Origin: Catajapyx aquilonaris
Taxonomy: Eukaryota
Assembly (NCBI GenBank): GCA_000934665.2
Contig: JYFJ02000886.1
Span: 1-64,000, forward strand
Reading direction: 5' to 3'
Length of the DNA stretch: 64,000 nt
The first letter of the stretch is position 1. Each line of letters starts with the position of its first letter. Below, one piece after another: positions 51,773 through 64,000 of this stretch. A model generated the notes under the pieces. It was not told the origin of the DNA. It made no database searches and saw only the letters and a program-made list of their open reading frames with translations. A program made the translations under genes and the position numbers.

Positions 51773-54700
51773 AAGCATAATAATATAATAAAGCAGAAAA
51801 GGGCCATACTTTCAATTATCTGAAGTAATACATATGTAATTCATGCTGCGGGGAAAATGAATAAATCAGGCCATCTAAAATGGATGGCAGAGTCGATTTA
51901 CCCGCAGAGTATGTGCCTAGATGGACTATATTGTTGACTCGAGCATTTTTCTCCGGTTTCATTTTCTTTGAAGATTGTTTATGGTGTCAGACATTTATTT
52001 ATTCCAAGCATGAAACATTTTTCAGTAACTTTTCCGCAGAGATGGTTTCTAAGGTAAAAATGTTGAAGTTGAGTAATGCAGTATTACAAAGCAATTTCTG
52101 GGTTTAGTTGACTGCCGTACCGGGATATTATGATCAATATGAGAGTATCGTATGATATTGTGCGCAACGGTATGATGAGCATTACCAAATATGGCTAAAT
52201 ATTCCCATGAAAAAATAACGTGGGGTGGTCTATATTTTCTGACGTTCTACTACTGCATTTGAGATCTTGCTGATTAGGAGGACTTGAACTTTTCTCCAAG
52301 TCAATAAAAATGTCTCTCCCAATGTCGACAAATTCTATTCCTCAGTATTGTATCTAGGAAAAACTTGGAATGCTCCAATGTTTCCGATTGACGCAGTGAT
52401 TACCAGTCACTCTGACTTGCAGACAAGTTTGTTTCCCGACAACGGAGAAAATTTCTGGTGACCCAGCTTAAAGTTAGTCAAGATGGGGGTAGTGGGAGTT
52501 TGTGGAGGGTGAGGTTGGGATAGGGGTTGGGGGAGGACACAAGGTGGTCTTTTGCATGGGGATGTAGACGAGAAGAAAGAGCCGGAGTGGGGAAAAAGGA
52601 GAGGGGAGAAAAAAGTTGGGGAGAACCCAATATTCTTTGCAGGCTGCACCCAGTTTCCACCTTTCCCGGTCCGAAGTTCAATAATACAGCCCACCTTCCG
52701 GATGGCAAACTTCATTGTAGCAGATCCCCCAAGTTTGCTCTTTCACGCTCCGGACTCGGGCTGTCTTTGTCTCCGGCAGGATTCGTCGATATTCCTTCCC
52801 ATTTCACTCGGAAGGCGCGTTCCAGATTCGTGAATATTCTCTCCCCCACCCCTCCACTCACTACTCCCCTGGATTTCTTTCTCCGGATCTGAATACGCCG
52901 GGAACAGGGTGGCCAGACACTGCATTTCTTCACCTTGTCAATAAACGAAGGTTCTTCTTATAAGATCCGATCACAACTTTATTGTATGCTGCTCAAAGGT
53001 GTTTTGTATCATTTTATTATGGATAGAATTCACGACCCGACATGTCACCTTTCTGTAAACACAGTTAATAGGTTCCAGCTCAGCCCCCTGTGACTCCTAC
53101 CCCAGCCTTATGAAGACCTCTGTGAGGTTAGTTGCTCCCACCCGCCGAGAGACGTGCTTCTGTGGAGCGACACCAGCGACAATCGGAAACCCCCCTCCCT
53201 ATGGTAGGAGCTGATAACTGCACGCGGGAAATGGGGAAGTGACCAGACTGTGTTTCAGCTCGACCCTGCCCGCCATTATCGAACTCTCCTAACCCCGGCA
53301 GGCAAAGTCAACCCTGCTTCCGACCAGGGTTGACTCCGGTTCCACAATGCGGGGCTGAACTGCCATTACGGTTGTATATATACGAACAGGTTTAGACCAC
53401 TGCCCTCACAAATGTAAAAAGTAAGCAAATTACAGTTTGGAGACGCGATATTTCGTAAACATTATAGCCGCATTGGAGCCACTTATTTTTTTTTGCATGT
53501 TGCAATAAAGCACATTTCCCCCTCTCAAGTCTGAATATGAATTACAGTTCACGCTGAATATTGTTACGGCTAATGTAACAGTTGGCATCTCTGGAAAATA
53601 CTGTACTTGCGAGATAACAAAAATTCAAGAGACGGAAAGACATTTATAACGATGGCAGATCACAGAGTTGGATGCCTTTTCATTCACTCTAAAGCGGTTA
53701 TTGCTTTGAATTATAGGAGTATAAGGTTCTGTACAGTACTTGTTACCTGGAGCTGGCGTTATGATGAGATTCCAGATCTACTGGCCCAGTTTCGCAATTA
53801 TTTTCCTGTCTATCATGCTACCAGTATCTTTGCTAGTTAGGTTAACGAGAAATGGGTACCATATGGGTAGTAATTATTATCGCTTCTGGTGTTTTACCAA
53901 TATCTATAACAAGGCACAATATGCTGTGTATTATCGACTTTTAGGCGATGCGCTTGGAATAAGGCAGTAAAGCGTGTTTGAAAATTTATTCCTAGGTTGC
54001 GGATGCCTCTTTCCAATTAATACACATATCAAGTACATGCTAGTGTAAAAAATGTGATCCTATGTTTCCCCATAGGGGTGCCTATCGTCTCTATCACAGC
54101 ATGCTTCGGGCACTCGGCTTTCCTTATTATATCTCTTGACGTGAGGACTTCTTCTACACAGAAGGAACAGGGTTATTAACCATCAGTCACACATCCCAAC
54201 ATGTTTGTTACGCAGCCATGGCCATCAAGAGAAACTGTATGGTCGTCATATGAAGGGGTGATATGCAAAAACTGACAAATTGTGACTAAGAACGGGTTAT
54301 TATGTCGGCCGCAGGTGACCCGTACTTCATTCCAGTTCAAAGTAATAAATTTGAGTAACCTTACTTTGTGATCCGCCATCGTATTTGTAATGCCTCATTT
54401 GTCATTCCGGGCAATGGGAAAAATACCCTCTGCAGGGACACACATGAAAATGACAAATTAGCATGGTTACTGTAATTGTCGACATGAAAGAGGAAAACGG
54501 TTAGATTGAACCTGGGAGGTGTCGTATGCAACTTTATTTTATTTAAGCCCATTGCATAACACCGTAAATTCGGAACTATACTTCTCTATTAAAAAATTGC
54601 TAGTAATTCTGTATTCTGTTTTATAAAAATAATTTTAGCTCTGTCTGACATTATTTGGCACAATTTTACAGCCATTCTTCACATCATAATAAAGCACTAA

Positions 54701-57700
54701 ATCCTATCTGATATAAAAAGAGGAAAACATATGTACAGTGCATAACTGTATGACTTTTCATGTGCTGTAACTATTGTGGGATTTCTACTAATGTCAAACG
54801 TGCGCTACAGGCTTGCAGAAGCTCTCCAGTAAAAAATAATAGCTCAATAACAATGTAATAAATTCGCAACGAATTTCCTTTACATGTGTAGCCCGTGGCA
54901 TATAGTGTATAGTCAGCAAATGGTTCAGGAACATTACTTGCGTGGGGACTTGACTCCTTGAGACAAGAGGTTTCTGGGTAATATGGCATCCAAATAGATC
55001 AGAGGGCGGTGAAGAATCCACCTTACTTCTTCCCTTCCCTCCCTCCTCCCATCTGAAACCCCTCGCCCCATCCCTCCACCACTTCCACCAAACAAAATTA
55101 ATCTTCCCCGTACAAAAGGGCGCGCCAACCTTAGGCCTGATAATGTCACATTTATCACCAGGAAACTGAAATATAAACATTTCCCCCCCTTTTTCGCTCT
55201 CCCTCTCCCCCCCACCCTCCTCCTTACTTTCTCTGACTGTACCAGAGGGGAATGGGAAAAGCCAAACTTTCCTTCAGTTCTTAAGTTTTCACTTGACTCG
55301 ATACTCATCGCAATTAAGGCGCCGGACTTCAGGCGGACCGGGTTTTCGGAGGTCTTATGAACTGCTGATATCCACAAAGCCTTACAAACAACTTAAGGAG
55401 ATTCGGGAGGCTAATTTATCGTCTCTAATTCACTTCCCCTTCCAACCTTCTCCACGAAAGCGCTTCGGATATCAGGAATCTCGCCAAACCATTTCGATTT
55501 GTTTGGCTATAGATCTGAACGCGGGGCCCCCCATGCTTCTCATCTATACTGTAGATACTCCTCTATATAGACCTAGTTTCATTGTAAAGTTGATGCAGAC
55601 AAGGGCAAACCCACCCCTTTTTTAAGGGACGAATTCACGTCGAAAAGAGACGCGCGGAATAGTTCATTCATTTCCATACTGAAAGAGAAGCGGTATAGGT
55701 GCAGTTCAAGTTATTGGTCCAAGTTTCGCGTTATAGAAGTCGAGTTCTACAGTATTTTCAGAGTGGGAAATGTGTCTGCGTATAGTCTGTCGTTAGTACG
55801 CCGCGACAGGGATATCATGTGAACAGCACTTGTCCGAGCATATGCAGACCTTTAGTTGACACGTAACGTAATCTTTATAGCTTATAAAACGTTGATAGCC
55901 TGTGTCAGACACCTTTATGTAGAATACGTCTTTTCTATACAGCTTCTTTTGCTCCCTCTTTCAAGGTTCGAAGTTATATATTTCAATACATCAAACCCCG
56001 TTTCGTCTTGGGGTGCAAGCAGACACTTAGCTAGTGAGCTTGTGAGAACTGACCTCCTAACACTCGTGGTCGTGGTTCAAAAATTCCAACAACCTGTTTA
56101 TAAGAACAAGCCTCCACACGACTGCCACACGACTTGTTACAAAGCTGGAAGCCCACCCCTGCATATTCACGCCATCTGCTGGCGAAACTCTATATTAGCC
56201 AACAACAGCATGTAGTAGATACGGAGGGTGCCACAAGCTATACTTATACTAAACTTACACTGATTAGCATTTCAGCTATCGGCTATTATGAGAGGGGGTT
56301 CAACCCCTGTCAGTATACAGTGTAATGGGCGGAATCGCGGAAAATACACTAACTTTTAAAGCTTCCTGGCAACTTGCACCAAAAGTAGTTGGAGTAACTT
56401 TACTACACTATCGGTGTAGTTCAGTAGCTCCGCAATGGGCTGGCTATGCATCGTTCGCTCGTAAGACTAGGATGATGTTATAAAATACAAGAGATATGAT
56501 CCGTACTATTGCGCCTGAAGTGTGGCGCACAAGGAACTCATGAGAATCTCGTCAAAATATGAGATTCATAAATCCAGGGAGATGGGATGCTCCCAAACGC
56601 CAATGTCTGCGAAATTATATGCTGGGATAGCTACTTTGTGTAAGTTGCTCGGGGCTATTGAGGTTAAGAACGTGCCCACTGCGGGAAGGTAGAGAAATTG
56701 GGAAAATATACATGCAAAAAAGTGAGCAACGTACTTACGTCTCACCTATAAAGTCTTTGATAATATCGGTTCCGGGTGTAACATGTCACAGAGCATTCGT
56801 ATACACTGTTGCTTTGAACAGATAGTCTGCACTCTAGAAATGAATTTATTATTTCTCATCGCCTTACGAGCAAGACAAGATATACATTTATGTGCCATAT
56901 TAGTGAGATCTCATCGTCACCCAAGTGGGGATTTTTACAAGAGGAAAATAATGCTTTTATTGTAACCTACAAGTGGCTCTTAATATGTTTTTATGTAATA
57001 CAAAACGCAATAAGCTCATTGCATTTGAGAATTTATATCCCCATTTCTCGTAGAGTATATAGATTACTTTAAGACAAATTGCATGACGGGCTCAACCCAA
57101 GATTAGGAAGCCCATTTTTTAAGGCAGGGATAAGGAAACTTGATTTATGAGTATAAGGGCAACGGCCAAGGAGGAAAATAATAGTTTCTACGGCGACTTG
57201 ATCTGAAGAGCAGTTTTAATTTTACCTTGCATAGACCTATATTTTGGCTGTGGAAATGTAATAAACTCTTTCCCACATCCTCTTCCATTGATTGCACATG
57301 TCCACCGTCCGGGGAACTGGACATCTCAGGAGACTCGTTTGTACTCAGGAACACACAGCCCTTCAGATAAAATACGGTCAACATCAGTTACATGTCCTGT
57401 CCTCCAGTGTGTCAGTAGTGACTCAACACACGCCCTCATCATGGTTGGTATTTGTTAAATGCCCTGATGACACACTGTGCATAATGCGCATGTCCAATGT
57501 TACTACAGTTGTCCGTAAATGCCTGCTAATGACCAGCAGTCCAAATAACTGTCGTGCCATGTAGTTATATAGTTGTTACATACCCGTTACACAACATATT
57601 AGTGTATACATATGCACGATCCAACTGTAAACTTTACCTAATTTCTGTCGGGAAACAGATAGTACAGTAGGTACATGGCCAACACCGGGTTGTACCTGTA

Positions 57701-58154
57701 GGTGTACATTTCACACATTTTTGCCATTAAGGGCAGGTTGCATGAAAGAAAATTAGAGAAAATTTTCATTCACGCATAGACATTCAAAACACATCATCCG
57801 GCCTAATCAGAGATTTCCTCTTTAATTTTCGTTTACATAACCATCCATAAGCCTTGAAACGTCTGCTCTTGTGGTCATAAGTCAGCAAATAATATGGCTT
57901 AAAGTACAGTAGAAGCCTGACAGCATGACACCAAAACGTAGTTAAAATTCCATGTTCGCAGTCAAGTAGTTGTTGCTTTCAAGTGCGTTTAGGACATAAA
58001 TACATTTTAATTTCGCTCTAACGGTTTTCTTAATAACTTATTCAATTTCTCGTCAAAAGCTCCACAATTTTGCTCTCTATTTTGATTTTTTGGGGGAGGG
58101 CGGGGGCAGACACCACATCCAGCACTAGGAGAAACTTGATCAGAGAGGTTATTA

Positions 58155-58301
58155 CAAGGGGTTAACCACTTCGGTACTCTGGTGTACACTTGCAGTGGTA
58201 CTCCCAGGTACCCCTTAGGTATTTTACTCTTTGGTACTCCTTGGTACTCCTTGAATTAGGTACTCCAGTGTACACTTTACAGTCGAGTGGTTAACCCCTT
58301 G
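58155..58301. mobile_element. hAT-like MITE (147 bp) with 16-bp TIR and perfect 8-bp TSD
   Basis: GGTTATTA|CAAGGGGTTAACCACT ... AGTGGTTAACCCCTTG|GGTTATTA. Interior built from repeated GGTACTCC-type motifs. Confidence 0.9.
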
Positions 58302-61300
58302 GGTTATTATTAGACACGAGCGCGATTAGTATAAATTAATTAGCAGTGCTCCCGTTAATGACGATTTAATTAAACTGATATTACTGTAGTGTCATGATAT
58401 TCGCAGGGTATCTATTTTATTTACTTTACATTCGTTCAGAATAATCACATACTCTGCAGAGATCCGGTTGTGCCATATGGATGATTCGTATTGTAATTAA
58501 TATGTAAAACTTGCGTTATAAGTTATAATCACAATTCCAATAATGTCATTTACTCATCATATATACATCCGAGCCGCAGCATTGTGGTACCCCATATATG
58601 TGAGGCATTGAGATTGGTCAATGAGTGGTGGATGGGAGCCGAACAGCCCACAGTATGGACTGTATATAGACACCGCTAGTCCTCAACCATGTCATAACAC
58701 CATGTTAGATTACATCGCAAAACAATGAAAGCAAAATTCGTGTACATCACCAAAATCTGGCATATCTCCTACAAAAAACTAACTTCTGCCCCGTATTTAC
58801 GCCGCATTTGGTTGAACTTGGCCAACATAGCCTATTACTCTGAATAGACCGCTTAAACAAAGAAAAGAAAAATCCGCTTACAGTCACCTCATGCAGTATG
58901 ATCCATTCAAAATTCTGACTAGCGCGCGAATACAATGCCCACCGAGTATAAGCCGATTACTAATGTGTTTTGTCATCGTCTGAGTCAAGGATTATTTATC
59001 CCCCCCCTCCCCCCTGCGTTCTTGCCTGAAGCGATCGCATGCATTAAATGAGAGAATATTTGGCGGTCACGTGTAATCCCTCCCACACAGAATATCGAAA
59101 ACTTGGTCCCATGTCAAAAGTTCCTCTTTGATGTGGACTGTTGCTGTAACGCGTCCATCTAGCCGTGGACGCCGCCAGAATCGATGTGGAGAGGTACAGT
59201 CCCTGAGGTACATCCTTGAATGAAGTTATGTAGACTGGCCAGTTATAGAATCTTGAGGAATGGACCGTGGCTCGTGTGCCTCGCGGCTGCTAGAAGCGAG
59301 CCTTACACTCGTACTGCGCTATAGATTGCAGTCCAAGGAGGAGATAAGCACGATGAAAAGCTGTTATTGATGATGGGCAATAAATCTCGGCTGCTTCTAT
59401 CGACGTCGAATATATGTTAGGAGTCATAAAGTGGCTGCTCCGTTATGTTTGACCCAAATGGCTCCAAAAAGACGTTTAGAATAATTGAGTAAGGTTTTTT
59501 TTGCACGTCTTTCTTCTCTGCCATGCAGGGTGTTGAGCCTCAGGAAAAATTGTTGGAGAGTAGATCATGCTTTTATGTGATCCTCACAGGTAGTAGTAGT
59601 GCTATCATCCACCAGCTGATATCAAGCTCATGTAAGCCTCTCTGGCTACTGATTTATATTTTTCAGTATAAGGTAAGCATCAATATCTTTTCAATCACTG
59701 CCTTTCCAACATGAGATCCGATAAATGGGCACAGTATTTTTTTAAATTATTATCCTATTATGCAATACTAGCGCACCCGTAGCCAAAATTTGGCAAGGCC
59801 TGACGATTTAGTGCCGTGATCAGAAGGTGGCAGCACTCACCAGGGACCGTTCTCCTTCCGGAGCGTTCCAGAGGCGAAAAAATAAGGCTATTATTATAGG
59901 GGGAATTCATAAGGAGCACAAGTGGTTTTATATGGAAAATAAAATCCACGATGTGCAGCACATTATTCGGATGTACCTAAAAGGCTCGTTTGTAGACCAC
60001 TATTTGATATTTACTAATTTACATAACACTTATGCAGCTATTATCCATGACTCTTTATGGACATCTCCCTTGCTTCGTTTACTTCTCGGTATTGAGAATA
60101 AGTAGTACTTTGTAGTACCAAGAGCTAATACGTACAGTGTACAAGTAAAATAAGAAGTGCAAACGCTGTGCAAACGACTACTCGCACTTTGCTCGAGTGC
60201 ATATTACCGCTATAATTAGCACGAGGCGAAAGCTGTGAGACTTCCCGCCTGGGCCAGCATTATTTAGGTAATTGCTCAGATAGATTCTTGACAGCTCCAC
60301 AAACAAAATAACTCCACGTGGAGATAGGCAGCGATCTGACAAAATGATTACGGGGGGTGTCCTAGAGCTCTGGGTGCATAATTTACATGACAGTGAGTCT
60401 GCGGCTGCATGCATCAAAAGGGAAAGATGAGGTGGTGATTCCCATGGGTGACGTTCACACGCCAACAGTCAGCCTCCTCCCCGCTTTCACAGGGAAATGG
60501 GTTTCAGTGGCTTCAACACTCGGCATAGGAGGCGTAAAAGTCAACAAGGAAGCTGCCCCCTTCGGGCACCCTCTCTGATCATCTCCCTAATGAGCCAGGC
60601 TTACCACTTTGAAAGGATGCAAATGCTGGGCTCCATCATGATAAACGTCGCTCACACCCCCTGCTGGACGATCCCCAATTACACACTTTGCGACTGTTTC
60701 CCCAATGTCCGGACATTTGGAAGACGAATCTGTTCCATTCTCGGTGTGCAGTTAGCCATCACTGGCAGAAGATAGCACGACTTCACTGCTGGTGTGCTAC
60801 CAGGATAGAAATCGCAATCAATATCATTGGGTTAGGGGATTTTGCCATTTAAGTTAAATGCTGTATCGCTCTGGTGATACCGGCCCGAATCAACATGACC
60901 CGTGGGTTAATCCTCGAGCCTTAGTCAGTTTTGACATGGGGGAGTTCCGGGGATGCCAGTATCGAGGGGTGATCTGTGACATATGAGATGGTATAATGCA
61001 GGCTGATGAATGTTAATTATCTAGGTAATGAGGCTACGGAGACCAATGGCACTACACAAAGTGATCCTCTGGGGCACAAGAGTTCACCCCAGAAGTTTGT
61101 CTGAATCATTATTAAACACCCTGTAAGCCTATAGACCGCAGTGTAGGCTGTACAGAAATTTTCTCCCAAATCATACCAGGTAGTGGAAAAGGTGTGAATT
61201 TCCTTTCGTGTTTAGGTTCATTTCAGTTTTTTAAGACGAACTTATCCTAGTTGGTTTTAATCATTTCGCCTTCACTATACGGAGAATCAGCCGATATCCG

Positions 61301-63387
61301 AGAGGAAGTTAAGCACCTTTGGAACCACCCTGTATATAGTAAATTGCCTGTTCGTCATTTTCCAGCCTATACCGGTATATGAATTGGTCATGACCTATAA
61401 TGAAGCAATTTATCCAAAATAAGCAAAATAAATTATTTAACAATCAGATGTTACAAGAGAATCGAGCAATCCAAAGTTTCTGTTTATTTCATACATCCCA
61501 CAACACGCAGTACATGCGCTGTATTATAAAGGATTGTTCTCTCCAATATTATACAGGTCCTTTCCATACTGCTAATAGGTGCCTGCTTTAAACGACACGC
61601 TACATGTAGGCACATTTGTAATGCACTTTTACTTCAAACACATCACACACTGGACAGTGCCTTTTATTCGTTAATACGCACATATTGCAAAGCATCGCAC
61701 TTTATGAACAGTGCATGGTAATAAATCGTATTAAGGTCATGTTGTCAAAAACTGATCAACTTTCGATAATGAATTGTTTGATTATAAACTAAACGGACTA
61801 ATTATTCATGAACGTATAGGGTGTGTATACCATTAGTAGGCCTACATTGCATGTCAGGCATCAGATTTGAAATTCCATGTGTTCAATTCATTACACGGTA
61901 TTATGAGGTCGTGGCTAATTAGCTTGCTTCTGCATGTGTTACTGCCTCAACGATTTCTGAGCAACTTTATTATTGGAGGACTAGTTTCATTTTCAAAACG
62001 ATGCTGCATTCATGGGTACAGACCAAATGAGGAAAGAAGATTCTGCATGCGATAATATAGGCTTTGCATTCCTATATAACTCGATATAGCTAGTGTGCTT
62101 AGAAAATGGCCATCAACTTTCTGCCAAGCTATACTGATTGGTGGAAACATGTGGAAACTTGTAGTACAGAAACTAGCAAAGATGATTACGTAGCACACTG
62201 CTACCTTTATATCCAATAAATTGTGGACTAGATATTTCGCTATTACTCCTGCTTAAACTTGAATTGAACCCCCTTTCCACATGGCACTATTCACTTTCCT
62301 ATATTGGAAGTATAATACAAGTAATAGGTTACCTTCATTCAAATAAAAATTAAATTAGTGAGTAGTCTATAATATAGCCTATCGAGTATATTACCAGAAC
62401 TTATTATCCCCCAAAACTACTGCAGCGACGTCGTAGGCCGCGTGGGTCGAGATTATTCGATACGATGTCTACGGCCAATGCGTGGGCCAATGAAAGCATA
62501 AAATAATATGGAGCATCTGAGAAAAGGTGTCATAAATACAAAAAAATTAAATTGAGTTACATGTTGCACAGAATATAGTCCTCTCCAAGGATGATCTGCG
62601 CAAAGTCGAATGCAAAGGCACAAAAAATAAATAAGACTTATTTGCGTATGTGGATATTAATTAATAACCTATTAAATGTTCCTCTTTCTGGAATGTGGGG
62701 CATTCCTATGTCTTCGCATCCGTCACACATTATTGAGGTCAACAGGAACTGATTGAGCTGAATAACATTTTTCATGGATCTCTCATATTTCTGTATGTAA
62801 ATCCTGCGCGTTACATTATCCAAGGTCTCAATATGTACCGGACAGTACTATTGTGATCAAAACGACATCCCTATAATTTCGAATACAAGCAAAATCATGT
62901 GCGTCATAATATTCCCGTGCTCTCTGTCATGCATTAAAAGTTGGGCCAGATACATTACCCTTGTTACAGTCAACTCGTTGGAATCACTCGCGATGAAACG
63001 ACTTCATCTTTCTGACCACAATAATATTATTGTATATGATCCAGGTAATGAACAATGACAAGACTAATGACAGCTTGGCAGAAAACACACATGTACTGTA
63101 CATATGAACTGGACTTTTAAATCATTGACCACAAAAATTATGGAAGGTTGTGACATCATGCAGAAAGCCACCCTGCAAACAGTGACAACCACAAATTCCG
63201 GTGTCCCTCCAAAAGAATTTGAAGAGTTGCCACTCTATATACGGGGTAAGCGAAGGTTGGCAGACTGTGACATCGTGCTTGAAAGTCAGATAAAGGGATT
63301 TTAACCATGTTTTATTTTCTAATAAATTAATATTTGCCAGAGTTATACAGAAACTACAATTGTGTAGGCTTTTAAAATATCCAAGTA

Positions 63388-63529
63388 CTATGCTCCTCAA
63401 ATTGTTTTGGCCACTTTATCCTGGTCTTGAAGCAACCCTTCGCACAGACTCCACGTTGAGCAGGTGTGTGTGTGTGAAGGGCTGCTTCAAGACCAGGATA
63501 AAGTGGCCAAAAGTATTTGAGCCCCATTG
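63388..63529. mobile_element. Tc1-like palindromic MITE, TA TSD
   Basis: TTTTGGCCACTTTATCCTGGTCTTGAAGCA pairs with TGCTTCAAGACCAGGATAAAGTGGCCAAAA. Right end TTTGAGCCCCATTG|TA, left end more decayed. Confidence 0.85.
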
Positions 63530-64000
63530 TACATTTAAGCCAAAACTTGCATAGAAATATTAGTAAAATACAAGTGAGTCAAATTACAAGCACTCTCTCC
63601 GTAGCTGGATAGGCTTAAAATGTTATTTAAGTTATTCCCTTTGCATTCCCGGGTAGCCTATTCTTCCCTTCATTTGCATCGAAAACTAGTGCTTGATGTA
63701 ATGGCAGATGCGAAGATCAAATTGAATTGTTTAGTGTGGTAAGATAATAGCACACTCGCTTCCATATGCACAGTCACGCATGAAAGATTAAAAAGGATGG
63801 AATAATACTGCATGATATAATCATGAACCGTTTAACATGAGTATGATGCTTTGTTTACAATCCATACGCTCTTCTTGGTTGCGTAACACTATGGCATAAC
63901 AATGCAGATAGAATCCTAAGACTGCTTGAAAATTTAGTTCATAAAATATAATATCACTCATGCAGTTCGACTCTCACTGTTCACTGAATCATCTTGTGGA

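Noticed and set aside
53078..53360. Weak inverted repeat with internal hairpin AGTCAACCCTG/CAGGGTTGACT
   Set aside because: Too degenerate to define ends or a TSD.
58166..58270. Repeated GGTACTCC units considered as a CRISPR-like array
   Set aside because: Units are 8 bp, irregularly spaced and enclosed by TIR and TSD. No cas genes, and the context is eukaryotic.
59180..59240. Minus-strand DVPQGLYLS, resembling the LINE RT motif GVPQGSxLS
   Set aside because: No YADD-type motif or other RT motifs nearby. Too short to support.

Overview
This is eukaryotic (animal-like, roughly 40% GC) genomic DNA, mostly non-coding. I recognise no prokaryotic features, CRISPR array, rRNA gene or intact transposase. 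About 15 short non-autonomous DNA transposons (MITEs) are present, most of them palindromic over nearly their whole length. They include TA-flanked Tc1/mariner-like, hAT-like (8-bp TSD), Harbinger-like and ATAT/AAAT-flanked types, plus one nested insertion. Four tRNA-derived SINE copies from two families share a 3' tail. Three signals stand out. (1) A probable spliced gene at about 34.1-34.6 kb encodes a 97-aa Pro/Gly/Gln-rich protein with an N-terminal PxxPxR SH3 ligand and a C-terminal CCPL-CTIM CaaX box. (2) A two-copy mobile element (8708-9132, 40533-40872) has CA...TG ends and 7-8-bp TSDs but no terminal inverted repeats. (3) TACAGTA/TACTGTA, the Tc1/mariner excision-footprint sequence, is in strong excess across the window. 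All superfamily and protein-family assignments come from motifs read by eye and need database confirmation.
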